NCBI RefSeq assembly: GCF_018977255.1 | Contig: NW_024704742.1 | Coordinates: 18,044,001 to 18,104,000, forward strand | DNA from: Callorhinchus milii | Taxonomy: Eukaryota | DNA length: 60,000 nucleotides | Direction: 5' to 3' | Part shown: piece after piece, positions 37,970 to 51,875 of the stretch | Layout of the letters: every line of letters begins with the position of its first letter | Position numbering within the stretch: position 1 is the stretch's first letter | Position numbers and translations under genes: made by a program | Notes under the pieces: model-generated | Told to the model about the DNA's origin: nothing | The model's database searches: none | What the model saw: only the letters and a program-made list of their open reading frames with translations

Positions 37970-38640
37970 TTTCAGCCACTATGCCCCGAAACTCTGGAAC
38001 ACACTCACTCAATCCCTCCCGCCTTGCCTCCTCTCTCCCCTTTTTCAAGTCCTGCCTGAAGACGTTCCTCTTTAACCGTGCTTAAGGCCACTCTATCCCT
38101 CACCCGGCTCGGAATCAGGCTCCGCCACTGCTAAGTGCTCTGAGACGCTACTCTGCATGGAGAGCGCTATATAAGTGCAACTTGTTGTTGTTTATTTGTA
38201 AGTCTAGACAATGAATGTTGGCAAGTTGTTCAGTAACGTCATGGACAGTATTGTAGCCAACCCCAATTGTGTTCTCTTGAAACATCCACATGAGTGTACT
38301 TTCCATAAGGAATATTTGGAAGGATTAAGAGTGAGAAGCCTGGTTAATATTTTTTCCCACATAACGCAAGAACATTCACCTAATTGTAGGCTTTGGACTG
38401 CAACTTATTTGGAAATATCAATTGGCAGCCATGTCCTCAGCCACTACATCCGAACCTCTGGAGCTGTCTGCCTGAATCCTTGCTCCCTTCTTTACCCATC
38501 TTCACCTGACGACTTTTCTCTTCGACCAAACCTATGGCCACCTACTCTTTCTCCCCACTCGGAGTCCAACAATGCCACTGTTAGTGCTCCAAGCTGCTAA
38601 CCTGTATGAAGGACACTTTATAAATACAAGTTGTTGTTTT
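37970..38640 (+). mobile_element. Two LINE2 3' ends (37970-38192; 38420-38640)
   Basis: cagccactatgccccgaaactctggaac...gcgctatataagtgcaac(ttg)n. Confidence 0.85.
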
Positions 38641-40214
38641 TATTGTATTGTTGTATACTTTTGGTTAGTAAGTATTCTAGAACGATGAGATGCTCTGCGC
38701 AACTTTGTCCTGCACCAGATATTGGGAGAATGTTGAATGTAGGCAACAATCAATAATATTAATCATTTCCAAATTTGGCAACTTTGGGATTTAAGATCAA
38801 CCTGTTCAGATTAATCTTGCTTCTTACTCAATAGAACTTTTAGGTTTCTTCTACACTCTGGTAAATGACCCTAGTTAGATTCCCATATCCAAAACATTTT
38901 TTCTTATGTACTTTTCCTCTGCCGCATCGTTTTAGGGTCAAACCGTTGAATCATGCAGATGTAACCTTTTACATCTCACTGTTGAGCAATTTGTCTTCGA
39001 AAGGTTACCTCATGCATCTGTCACAAATACACATGTACTTCATCTAATCAGAATCTAAACTTAAATGTATTAAGATCATTTAAGTGATTTATTTGAGTTC
39101 ACTATTTTGCATCTCAGAAAAAAGTGTACTCATTCATAAATTCATTATAGACCTGATGTTTTTCCTCATTGCTATCATAAAAATACTTTTGGAATAAAAT
39201 GAAGACCATTTAAGAACCTTGTTTTGAACATTCATATAATATAGTTATTGTTGTAACAGATGGTGTTCTCTAGTGTTTCTGGATTCTGTCTTAGATTGAT
39301 TCCCTGACAGAATCATGCACAATTTAATATAAATGAATAGAGGCAGCAAATAAATACAAATTGTAATACATCAGTAGGAGTAAGAAAACTGAAGTTTTAC
39401 TCAGCATCCCGTCTGTGATTTCTGAATTAGAAAAATAGTCCAGTACTCATAGAGAGCAAAATTGGGATTAGTCTGGCACAGAGCTAGTCTCTTGACAATA
39501 ATTATTTCAAAGGCAATCTCCTCCCTACTCAGAAGTATGCATCAATTGGATTTATTTAATCCATGGGTACGTTTATCCTTCACTTTTGTAACATGAGGTT
39601 TTAACAAATATTTAATTCAGGTTGATCAAAAGTCAGATTTGGGCGTTGTATTCACACACAATCATTCAGACAGAACATGCATATTCACAACTTTGTAGGG
39701 TGTGTCAGGTGAGGTTAGGCAGCTTCATGCGTGATCACACTAACAAAATAAATTCAGAAGATTAGTACTGTATTTGGAAATGTTATGCTTTCCAGTGTGC
39801 ACGTATAATGTTGTGATCCCACTGTTACAGTTATGTATCCATGTTGTAAACAATGTTCCATTACCACCCTGGCACTAGAGCCAGATAGTTGATTGTAACA
39901 CAGGCTGAATAATTTCAGTGAGAAAGACTTTGGATGGGAAACTAAGCTATTCCACATGTTACTTAAGATCTGTTTTCTTAAGTTTGAAGAATAGTCACAA
40001 ATGCAAATTGTGATTTTTTCCCCCCATATTTGTTGGAATTGCCTTAAAACATTATTATTAGTTATGTGGCATAGCAAAGTGTGCCAAAATTAATTAGTTT
40101 AAATTCTGCATGGAAAAATAGAGAACATTATTATTCGTAACAAACTATTCTTTGAGTGGAAAATGCTCAATGTTACTGATCGATAGATCTGTAACATAGT
40201 TATGAATCAGCAAA

Positions 40215-41050
40215 AAATAACAGTTTGCACTTAAATTGTGCCTTTGTGAATAGAGAATGTCTCAAAACACTTTGAAAATAATGAATGGGAGTCCGAGCTG
40301 GGAGGGTAAGGTTGGGGTGGAGGCCAAGGAGTTGGCAGACATGGGACAGGCAAGGGGAAATAGGGGATGATTTGCCCAAGATGCAGAGCCACCAGGAGCA
40401 AATCCTCAGACAGAAAAGGAGCATTTTGGCAAGAAAGGCACCAGGACATTAGGAGATCAGTAGAGAATGACGATCTTCAGGGTGAGGTGAGAGAGAGAGT
40501 AAGGTGTTCAAAATAGGAGAATCCAGAGAAGAAAGGGGATGGATCGAGAGGGAAATCAGAGATGAGAGCAACACCATTGCAAATGAAGTGAGGGATTAGA
40601 GTGGAATATGTACCTGGTGGGGCGATCTCACTGATTGGGAGCGCATTTCGAGGTGTGAGCCATGTTTCAACGAAGCCCAGGATAAAATCATGGATTGGGA
40701 AGAGCTTTGTTAATGAGGGCATTTTGGAGGTCATTAGAGTTAGCAATTGGGATGATTGAGGAGAAGGTTATTACTTGGGAATGGGATGGGCGGGCGTTAC
40801 AGAGAAAGAGGGGTTAGGCCAACCAGGTGTCTGTTCTCGCATAGTAGATGGGGATGTCAGAGGATTCCTTGGTTGGAGCAGAGGGAAACCATGCAGTATT
40901 CCAAGAGGGAAATGAAGCAGGAATGGTGGCAGGAAAGGAGGAATAAGAGGGAGTAGTGAAGAGTTTGGAGGGCAGCAAGAGTGGACATAGTAACTAAAGA
41001 GAAAGGAAGGTTAGTGAAGAGAGGAGAGCACAGATGGATGGCGAAGGATA
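40215..41050 (-). mobile_element. LINE2 3' tail (40215-40340) plus a degenerate APE-endonuclease region (40440-41050)
   Basis: DFILGFVETWL...APPGTYS...GVALI resembles the LINE endonuclease LTETWL and GGVA motifs. Confidence 0.7.
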
Positions 41051-41369
41051 AGGGACCTTAGATCTAAAGTGGCAGCCACAGCATTTATATTTTGCCAACT
41101 GAAGAAGAACGATCAGGACCTTTACAACCAGCACCCAGGAGGAGGGAAGCCATTTTTCAAACTTGTTTACGAATAAAAGTAACTAAAAGGTATGTTTTGC
41201 ATCAACTGCTGTGACATTCCTTGAATACCAAGTAAATCAATCAGCAGATCACCAGAGTGACGCTTTCTTCAAAAGGGAGTGTTTACATCACATTTCTGGC
41301 CTCGCATTCATGATAGGATCTGCTGCTGTCCCTCTGTAAAATAACTTCTTGGATGCTGGTTCAACAAAA

Positions 41370-41670
41370 ACAACAACTTGCATTTATATAGAAGCCCTCA
41401 CGTAGGATAGCATCCCAGAGCGCTTGACAGTGCGGGAGCATGATGCCGAGCCAGGGGGGAGGGGGAGGAAGGTCTTCAGGCATGACCTGGAGATGGGGAA
41501 GGAGGGGACAAGGCAGAGGGATAGAGGAAGAGTGTTCCAGAATTTGGGGGCATAGTGGCTGTAAGTGCGGCCACTGATGGTGGAATGGAAAGCATGTGGG
41601 ACATGCAGGAAGCCGGAGCTAGTCGAGCATAGGCAACGGGTAGTGGATTGCGGAGGTCATGCAAAAGCCA
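41370..41670 (-). mobile_element. LINE2 3' fragment
   Basis: (aac)n tail; similarity to 3085-3420. Confidence 0.8.
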
Positions 41671-41934
41671 TTGCTTCAACAAACGGACCCAGCACTTGGA
41701 GCTTTGTGCTTCACTTTTGTTGTCAGATGATGAAACTCTTGTTGCAGTACTGGCACTGGAAATGTAATCCTGTAAAAATAAAAGCATCAGTATTTTGTGG
41801 GTGTTTGGATAGACCCCATCTCCTACTCATGAATTGATACAGTTTAAAAAAACTAAAGAATAAATTGCTGTGAAGTATTAACACCTGAGAAAGCCACCTC
41901 TTCCTGGGACAGTTTTAAATATTAAGTTGCAGAT

Positions 41935-42395
41935 ATATCAGGGAAATGCAGTGGATGTGGTGTAAAAAAAATTCAGGGAGGTTTTTGCAAAGATGCCACC
42001 GAAGAGGCTTTTGGTTAAAAATTCAGGACATGAGGAGTCATGGGAAAAGTAGCAGAATAGATTAAAAGATGGCTTGAAAGTAGAAAACGATGAATAAAGG
42101 GCAGTTTCCCTCGACTAGCAAGTAAATAGGAAGTGATGTTGCACAGGGATCCATATTAGGACCCCACTGTTCACCAGCACACAATTTGACTGTGATATAA
42201 GAGGTTTGATGTCAATTTCACAGATGACACCAAACTGGATGATATGGTAAATAATGAAGAGGTTTGCAAGAAGGTGCATGGTATGAGATGGGAACAGGGA
42301 GAGGGGATTAGTAGGAGTGAGTTATAAAAGCAATGCATGAACCAGTTCGGCTGGATGGGCTGTTTTGGTGCTGTACGATCAGTGTAATTCTATGT
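41935..42395 (+). mobile_element. Degenerate CR1 RT fragment plus 3' tail
   Basis: gtggatgtggtgta...cagggatccatattaggacc...cagatgacaccaaact (QGS.LGP and ADDTKL motifs). Confidence 0.75.
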
Positions 42396-43221
42396 TTTAA
42401 TGTATTGTACATTGGTACATCATATGAAAAAAATACTCCTGATCTTTTATCAAAAGTGTATTCAGTTGTGTACCTAGGCTGCCATCTACTGTTTGAGGGA
42501 ATGGTAGCACAACACTATTAACATACACCATACAATATGCTATTGACTTGTATTGAATGTTTATCGTGGGATGGCAAGCACATTGTGTGTTAAAACACAA
42601 AATAACTTTAAAAGTCATACTCGAACATGGTCACATCGATATGGTGGATTCCTGTTACTGCCATTCTCCACTGATTAAATAAGTAAAGGATATTATATAA
42701 GTGGTCACTACTGTATAACCTGATTTCAATTTTATAAAATCTAATTTCAACAAGAGAAAAATTTTAAATCAACAGTTTTCTAATACCATTACTGTAAGAA
42801 ATGTTTAACCCTGTATCCCATTGACTACTGTGGAGTTGTATGAAGATCATGATTAATTACCAACAATAAAATTATGAAGAATATGCAAAAAGTGACAAGA
42901 AAATTTACAATAATACTCAACAGCAAATACTAAATAATAATCTACTGGAAGGAATTGTGATTTGCATAAAAGAAAGGCAACAATCAAGGTGTGACAGTAG
43001 GAAAAGACAACTATTTTGAAAGTTACTCACATAATTTAAGTTTTTGAATAATCAAAAGTTTATGAATCCCCTCCCCAACTACTCTATAAAGTTTGAATGC
43101 AAAATATTATAACTAAATGACTATGATCATAATGGTTGTCTAAATGTGTGTCTAAATGTGTGAAAGACTGCTCTTTTTCTCTCTCTCTCTCTCTCTCTCA
43201 TCTCTTTCTGTTGTGAAGACC

Positions 43222-43580
43222 CGTGGAGTTGGGGTTAGTGCTCTCACCTCTCAAGCCGGAGGACCTGGGTTCGATCCACGGGCAAGGCAATACCTTAGGC
43301 AAGTTTCCTTACTCCACACGCCTCTGTTTACCTAGCAGTAGGTAGGAACCTGGTTGTTTGTTGATTGGTGGATCTCTTTCTGGGGGTAATAATGGTTTCA
43401 AAGAAAAAAAATGGTCACTCAATCCACGAATGTTTGTGGGACACTGCTGAGTGCAATTGTCTGCCGCATTTCGCCTGCAAAATACGCATTCAATCCACTT
43501 TACAATATATTCTGTGAAGCACTTCGAGACATCTCCACAATGTGATAAGGCGCTATATCAAATGCAAGGATTATTATTAA
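43222..43580 (+). mobile_element. SINE family A, long form
   Basis: B-box gggttcgatcc; includes the cctctgtttacctagcagtaggtaggaacc segment; tail present. Confidence 0.9.
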
Positions 43581-43779
43581 TATTAGTGGCGACACTGATG
43601 TTTTGTGGTGACTGACTGACATTAGTGATCATTGTGATATTAATCAATGCATTATAATTCTTAACTGAAATGTAGTGTTAAACTAAGTAAATTCCCCAAA
43701 TGAATATTTTAAAATACTTTATCTATGATTATAGAGGCTGCAAAGTATTAGAAAGTATCTCTGCATCTATCATGGTGTG

Positions 43780-44580
43780 ATAGACCTCCAAGATGCTATC
43801 CTGTGTGAAGGGCGCTATGTTAACTACAAGTTGCTCAAAGCGCTCCGAGACCCTGCCTTGCATGGAGGGCGCAATATAAATACAAGTTGTTGTTATTGTC
43901 TATTAGAGGTCTCAGAGTGCAAAACATTGAACACTTGTGAGGATCTTTATGTTGCAATCGACACTCATCATAATTTATTCTCCAATGCCCTCCTCGCTGG
44001 TCTCCCCAACTTCACCATTCACAATAAATAACTGATTCAAAACTCTGCCGTCCATATCTTCCCCGTACCAAACTCTACACCCCATCACCTCAGTTTTTGT
44101 CAGGCTCCACTGGGTCCATGTTGCAGAACAGATTCGATTTCAAGATCCTCACATTTGCGTACAAATCTCTTTATGCCCAAACATCTCCCTACTTCTCAGA
44201 CCTGATTACACCTCACTCCTCTACCCACCCCCTTTGCTCAGCCGGCTCTGACCTGCTGCACTTCCCTCATCCCCTCCGCTCCAGCAATGATGATCGTACT
44301 TTGAGCCACTATGCCCCGAAACTCTGGAACTCCCTGCCTCAATCTGTCCGCCTTGCCCTCTTTACCTGTCGTCAAACCACACCTAAAGACCTTCCACTTT
44401 AACCATCTCTACAGTCACCTCCCCCACCTCAGCATCAACTGCAATTGTTAAGTAGGACACTGCCCCATATGAATGGCACTATATAAATGCATGTTCTTGT
44501 GATATATTTTCCTTCTCCACCGTAACAGTCTGCTGGTGCAGACTTGATGGGCCAAATGGCCTCCTTCTGTGCTGTAAATT
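43780..44580 (+). mobile_element. LINE2 tails (43780-43900), LINE2 3' fragment (43960-44500), CR1 tail (44525-44580)
   Basis: SNALLAGLP, RFDFKILTFAYKSL, APKLWNSLPQS; gggccaaatggcctccttctgtgctgta. Confidence 0.85.
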
Positions 44581-46149
44581 TCAATAAATGTTATTTCACA
44601 TTAGCTAATTTTAATTGACACAGGATTCAAGCCATTACGGCTTTAAAATACATTTAATAGGTTAATATTTATTTTGTGTGACACAAACATGCTAATCACA
44701 GTGCAAGTTTTATTTTGAGTGCATTGAGTGACCATAACCTGTGTTTTTTTAATTTAAAATAAAATAACATGTGTTGTTTCATCTTCAGATAACTCCAGTG
44801 TAAAGAGAGGAAGCAGATGGCATTCATGATATGATACCAGATAGTTACCTGGAGCAGTCTGTTAGTGTCACGAAATTGTTATTCTGCTGATTTATATACA
44901 ATACTGTGTCCATAGTTTGCTACTTTACAAATAACAATCTTGTTTAAATGTAATCAAGTTGAATTTAAATTCAATGCTGGTGACAAGAGAATAAAATGCT
45001 GTTGTAAAGAGCTTTGAGCTTGAGATATAGCTGCTTCTTAATTGTTCCACTGCAGACATGAATTTGTGTAACTAAACGTAGCTCTGATGTGTCTAATGGA
45101 CTTTTCTTGCCAATAGCACTTTAAATATTTCAGATCTATCGATTGATTGAATGAATGGGATGTGCACTCTCCCTGGAGGGCTGAGTCCTGCTTATCTAGT
45201 TCCAGAAGGTATTAGGCCCAGGTTGGCAAGAGCCAAGGCTTGGGGATCTAAGAGTGTGCATTGGGGTATTGTTGGAATCTAACCAGTTGAATCTACACAG
45301 CTTGCTCAGTTTTCACATAAGATCTCCTCAACCCCTTTCCCTCAGCTGTCCCCCCAAACCTGTTTTGTAATTTTCCTGTGTAGCTTTAAGCTGGGTAGCA
45401 ATTGGGGCTCCCCAGTTGGCTTCAGCTTCCACCTGATCTTGATCCAGAGACCCCTACTGTAAAATGCGTGTGTGTCATTGCCACATGATGGTAAGATTGA
45501 GCTTGGCCATGATGCTTGCTGTGGTAGCAGTGTTTGCTAACATTATCTGGTGACACGCATGAAAAGTGGTTAATTGGAGAAGGTACCAAAGGGCTTTGGA
45601 TTCAAACCCCAGCAAGGAATCTGAGCCTTTACAGGAAAGAAAATGTTTTATTTTTGCAACTTGCACTTACAAAGCACCTGTCAAAGCCCTTCTCTGATGC
45701 AGTGTGGAAATCGTATATTGTTTTATATTCATAGTAATGTAACATTTCTTATATGGAAACGTTATATAACTATTCAATGCAACATCTAGTCCACCCAACT
45801 GATTGCTTGCTACAAATGCTTGCAGCGGGCGATATTTCCTGTATTCATTTACTTTACTATTTAACATCAAGAAACACAGATACCATTTACTGGATATTTT
45901 TAATTCACAGAAAACAAATGGAAAAATAAATCTTTTCCCCCAATTCCCTGTTTGTATTCGTATCATTCAAGGAATGTTATTTTAAACAAATTGGAATGTC
46001 CAGTATCCCATGTGGAACTCAAACATTCCTTTAAATCTCAGTGAATTAAAATCTATTCAGCCCTGGTCAGAAAAGGTTACAGTGTGAAGTCTTCCATGCT
46101 GAACAGTACTCAATGTGATCAGTAGGTGGCGAGAATATTCTTCAGAAAG

Positions 46150-46720
46150 CTGATTTGCAAAAACGCCAAGCAGTGAGAGAGGGAAGGTGAAAGTGGTTGA
46201 AGAGGAAGGGCTTCGGGTGTGATCTGAAGGCCTGCAAGGAGGAGGCAAGGTGGAGGGATTGAGGCAGAAAGTTCCATAGTTTCCAGGCTTGGTGGTGGAA
46301 TGCCCATCCGCCGATGGTGCCACGGAGGGCAAGAGGGACGTGCAAGAGGCCGGAGCCAGCTGAGCAAAGAGGACAGGTAGAGGTGTAAGCAGGTCGGAGA
46401 AGTGAGGTGGTGTCAGGGCATGAAGTAATTTATATATGAGGATCTTAAAATGTGAGGAATAAAATATTCCATTCTGCAAAAGGGAGCCGGGCAAGTACTG
46501 GGGTGATGGTGGTACGGAGTTTGTGTGGGTGAGGATATTGGCAGCGGAGGTTTTAATCAATTGGATTTTATGAATGGTGAGTTTTTAATTAATTGGATTT
46601 CGTGAATCGTGACGCAAGGGAGATGGTGAGGAGGGCATTGGAATAATGGAGGTGGGCGGGGATGAATGCATGGAATAAAGGTTTCAGCTGTGTGAAGTGT
46701 TTGGTCATGACAAATGTTGC
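46150..46720 (-). mobile_element. LINE2 ORF2 C-terminal fragment
   Basis: FKILIYKLLHALTPPHFSDLL; AWKLWNFLPQSL. Confidence 0.85.
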
Positions 46721-48474
46721 AAAAGATGTTAAACTAGAAATTTTTGTTGGTTGAGCTATTTTGCCAACTAATTCAGAGAAAGTAATGCAGCTTTCCAGGC
46801 AATCTTCCTTTCGCTCTTAATCTACCGAATTGTACCCTCCCTTATTCTATTTTTTTGTTAAGCTGGTTGTCTGCCACATGCAGAACTCCAACATCATGCT
46901 TAAAAGTATCCAAACCAAACTGAGAATTTGATGCATCCCACCTATACATGGACAATCCAGAGATGTTTATTGGAATGGATCTCTCTCCCTGGAGGGACGC
47001 ATCCTGCTTACCTAATTCTGGAGAGTATTGGGCGCAGGTTGACGAGAGCCAAGGCTTGGGGACCCCAGAGTGTGCATTGGAGTCTAACCAGCTAAAACTG
47101 CATAGTTTGCCATTGCGAGCATTGTCTGGTAAGCATTCCTGCTGCTTGTCCAGCTAGGACCACCTTATCCATTAGGGCTTTGGCTTGCAGGGTTAAGGGA
47201 AGCTGAGTGGGAAGAAACCCTGCCCCAGTGACTGGTCTTTCCTTCCAAGTCCTGCCGATGAGCCAGGCTGTTTGTGCTGTCATCAGCAGTGCTCTGGAGT
47301 ATTGCAGACCCATGTGGCTCAGGACTTCCAAGATCACCACAGAGGGCTGGCTTGATTCCGACATCCCATTGCCAAACATGTCATCTTGGAGCCAGTTCAG
47401 CTCCAAGAAGATCCCACTTACCCCCTCCCACTCATTCCAGGAGATCGTCATTAGTTGGTTATTTGATACCTGACAAGCTCAGTTTTGAGTCCTAACTAGG
47501 TGGATGGCAGCTACCGGGTAATAGGAAATTACCTCTCCCTGCAAGCCTCCTGAAGGGTAACAGAGCTCAACATGAAATGCAAGAGAGCATTGCCACCATC
47601 TTCCTGCCCACAGCTCAGATACACATTCCTTCTAATTTAGTGCTGGTTTCCACCAGTTGGAGGTGTGGAACTTGACCAGCACAATTTGACCCTTAATCTA
47701 ACTCTCAAGCGTCTTTAGCTCATATGCAAGGTAAGGTTACATTCAGCAGTAAACCTGAAGTGTTGTTCAGTGTTTATGATTGAGCACATTCCAATGAACT
47801 GTACCTTTGTGACACCTTGACCCCCACAATATTAAACAAGGGAACACCAATCTATATTTTGTACAGTTTGGAACCAAAAAACAATTGTTTTGCATTTTCC
47901 ACTATGTCTCTCTATAATTCACCCATGAAGGTCACTGTATATAGTATTTGCCAATTGTATTAATCCTTTTTTTGCATTTGCATTGCTGTACATCTGTTTT
48001 TTTTATAATGCAAAAGCTGTTGTAATGAATTCTTCTGTACATTATCTCCCTTTTCTATTGACAAGATCTTGCACGCAAAATTGTTGAACTGAACCAACAA
48101 GTGCCACGCTAATTCCTAATTCTCTTTCTCCTTCATTAATTTTTCTTAATCAAATGAAAATATTGAGTCTGGTTCCTTTCTCTTCTTACGTCTACTTCTT
48201 TGTGCAACTATCTATATTCTTAGCTGTGTGTTTATAATCTACTACAATACTATTTGATGCTGCAGTTAAACAATCAGTTCCTTTCTCTCTGCCTGACCCC
48301 CCTCTGACTCTCTCTTTGCCTGAATTGCTGCACTGACATCCATCTGGTTCTGATACAGAAACAATCTACATGCAGGAAGATCCTGCTACTATATTGATAA
48401 GATCTATTGTTCGAAACAACTTTACTTTCACACCAGACAAAGCAGCCACGACACAAATACAGCAGAAAGACAAA

Positions 48475-49540
48475 TCAACAGCAACTTGCACTTATATAGC
48501 ACCCTCCATGCAGGATACCATCTCAGAGCGCTTAATGGTAGCAGAGCCTGACTCCGAGCTGGGGGTGGGAGAGGTGACCATAAGCACGCTCAAAAAGGAA
48601 GGTTTTCAGGCGGGACTTGGAAAAAAGGAAAGGGGGTCAAGGCAGATGGATTGAGGGAATGTTGCAGAGTTTCGGGGCGAAGTGGCTGAAAACGCGACCT
48701 CCAACAGTGGGAGCGGAGGGTGTCTGGGACGAGCAGGAAGTTGGTGCCAGTCGAGCGGAGGTGCAGGGTGGTGGATTGGGGAGTGAGGAGGTCAGAGAGG
48801 TAGGGAGGTGCTAGGGAGTGAATGGATTTGACTTCAGTCTTGAAGATTTCAATTGATCCAGCTTCCATAGTCTTTTGGGGGAGAGAGAGTTCCAGATTTC
48901 CACTACACTTTGTGTGAAAACGTGCTTCCTGGCTTCAATCCTAAATGTCCAAGTTCTAATTCTAAGATTATGCCTACTTGCTCTGGATTCTCCCAACAGA
49001 GGAAATAGTTTCTCTGTATATATCCTATCAAATCCCTTTATCATTTTAAACACCTCATTTAGATAATCCCTCAATTTCCTAAATTCAAGGGAATACTAGC
49101 CCAAGTTTATGTAACCTGTCCTCTTTATTTAACCCTTTAAGCCCTGATATTATTCTGGTGAATCTGCACTGAGGAACCCACATCGTCTCGGATGATACTC
49201 CAATGCAGTGCTGGGCAAGTGCTGCATTGTTGGAGATCCCGTCCTTCAGATGAGATGTTAAACCTGGGTCGCTAGGTCTGCCGCTTCAGGCAGATCCCAT
49301 GGCTGCTACCCAAAAAGAGGAGGGAGTTTCGCCCAGTGTTCTCACCAACAATTCCCCAAATAAAATTGGTCCTTGATTTTTTTCGCTGTGTGTGGGCACA
49401 TTGCAGCGTGCAAATTGGCTGCCGCATTCACCTATAAATTACACATTCACTACACTTCCCAGTAAAAATCCTGCAAAGTGCTTTCAGACATCCTCCTGAT
49501 GTGAAAGGCGCTATATCAAATGCAAGGATGATTATTATTG
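48475..49540. mobile_element. Stack of LINE2 3' end (-, 48475-48830), CR1 fragment (-, 48830-49170) and Deu SINE family B (+, 49170-49540)
   Basis: SIHSLAPPYLSDLL; RDYLNEVFKMIKGFDR...FTQSVVEIWNSL; Deu core and tail. Confidence 0.88.
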
Positions 49541-50031
49541 TGAGAGTAAGCGAGCATCTCTGTCAGCACTCCCGAGTGCCCATTCTTCATGTACCAGTTT
49601 GGATACTGGAATGTCAGCACTGACATTTAGCAACTGTACCGCATGGAATTGAGACCAGTAACTCAACAGAGAACAGGGAATGGAATCCCCATTTTACTTA
49701 TTTTAAAAACAAGAATGGCATCTTAAGATTTTTTTTAAAAGGCTGGCAAATCTTCAGTTAAGCCAAACGTTTGAAAGTTTTTGAAAGACGTGCTGTGAAA
49801 CAAGGCTGCCATTTTGAAGTATTTAATCACATTTTTTAATCAAATCTAAGTTGAAATATTCAAGAAAATCAACAGTATACAACAGCTGTTTCCTTCGGCA
49901 CACTTCCAAGTCAGATAGATATAAATTGTGGCTTTTAGGATAAATGTTCCTGAAGTCTGCCAGGGATAACATTAGTGAAGTGACATCATGTGGAGCCCAA
50001 ATGAAAAACACTCATATTTGATAACTAAAGT

Positions 50032-50300
50032 GTCCGCTTGGCTCAGTTGGTAGCATGCATTAAGCCAAGGTTTTGTTTACCTACATTGGTGGATGTTAAA
50101 ATACCCAAGAGAAGGGAGTGTCCGAGCCAACAGACTTCCAGGAAAAACTGGTCATTCACTTCATGGCTGTTTGTGGGACATTGCTATATGCAAATTGGCT
50201 GCTGTGTTTGTCACCAAATACACAGCCAGTACAATTTACAGAAAACATCTTTGTGAAATGCTTTGAGATGTTACAGGTGTTATATCAAATGAAATGATTA
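50032..50300 (+). mobile_element. Internally deleted family B SINE
   Basis: ggctcagttggtagca head, Deu 3' motif and a degenerate tail. Confidence 0.7.
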
Positions 50301-51612
50301 TTTTGATTAATTAATCATACACTGCCCTAAAAGATTAACAAATTGTTTACCGAACCGTCTAAAGAAAAGTGACATTTTCATGATGTGATCACATCAAACA
50401 TTATGAAACATTATATTCCAATCCCATGCTACAAAAATAGTGTTTTATGCAGTTTTTGTGTTTAGGGTGTGTGCCGTGTGGGGTAGTGCACTGGGTTCTC
50501 TGTTGCATATAGTCATATAGTTCCTGTGCCCAGCAGGGTTGAACAAGTGGGCAGCTTCCCAGGCATCTATTTCCCAAACCATTGCTCTTGGCTAGTTGCC
50601 TGGTTGTGTGTGACAGATCACTGATGACATTCGTCATTAATATTCACTTTCTTTCATTTGTAAGATATCATGTCCCTTTTCTCACAGACATGGTTGAAAT
50701 CTGTAATTAACAAGCTGGAGGAATCAAACCTACATCACAGTGTCGCATGCATGTTGGTCCCTATCTACTGCCATTATTACCATATTAATAAAGCAACCAC
50801 AGACAATACCATTAAGTTGAAAATCAAATTATGCCAGAGTTCCACATCAAATCTTTCAAAGCATGAATGAATGCAAATCATAACAAGCAGTGCCATTCAA
50901 GTCAGGTAGGAAATGTATAGTACAAAGTACCTGCTCAATCACAGTTCTTTAATTACTCAATATTTTGCATTTATACTGGTCTGCACACCTTCTACATAAG
51001 AGCATAAGAAGCACTGGGGTGAGGAAAGGTTATTTAGCCCACCACAACTCATGCCACTGTTACATTAACTTTCCCGTCATTGGATCTAACCCTGCTTTGA
51101 ATAACCCCTATCAAAGAGACTTGTCAAACATGACCTTCTCCTCGAAATCTATGCTGGCTGTTTCTTGTTAAATTATTGCTGTAAGGTACTCCGCCAACCT
51201 ACTCCATAACATGGATTTCATTACTTTGCATGTTTGCATGAATTAATGGACCTTGTGAACAATTGAGCTGGATGCAATACACAACAGCAATACCTTTCAT
51301 TTATATACTGCCCTTCATACAGGATAGTATCTCAGAGGACAGGACACAATCACCAGAGTTGTCCGAAATGAAATTCCCAACATTGATTTTGAGTCACCAA
51401 AAATACTATCAAAGCAATCTATCACCATACTGCGTCAACTTCCTCTACTCATCACACGCAAACACACCTCTATATTTCTGAGGCACTCTCGTAGGCATAT
51501 AATTGGACTGCTTTTAAAATATAGTCTTTATATTGGCCTGCTTGAAACTCAGCTGTGTTCAGCAATGTTTTATAAAGATTCTTACAGCACACAATTCCAG
51601 GCATGCTGTACA

Positions 51613-51875
51613 TAATAATAATAATTCTTGCATTTGATATAGCGCATTACCACAGCGCTGAAATACCTCTAAGCGCTTCACAAATATATTGCAAAGTGGA
51701 GTGTGTATTTTGTGGGTGAAACAGTGTTCCACAAACAGTCAGGGATTGAGTGACTGATTTTTTTTTGAGAGATTATTACCCCGGAAGGTGTTCCGCCAAT
51801 TGACTAATGACTGGGTTCCTGTTAGGTAAACAGAAATGTGCGGAGTAAAGGAAACTTGGTCAAGGTTTTGCCCTG
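51613..51875 (-). mobile_element. SINE family A, long form, 5'-truncated
   Basis: Reverse complement of the 43290-43580 type sequence. Confidence 0.85.

Noticed and set aside
44789..44890. Plus-strand acceptor tttcatcttcag|ATAACT
   Set aside because: No convincing donor or reading frame follows.
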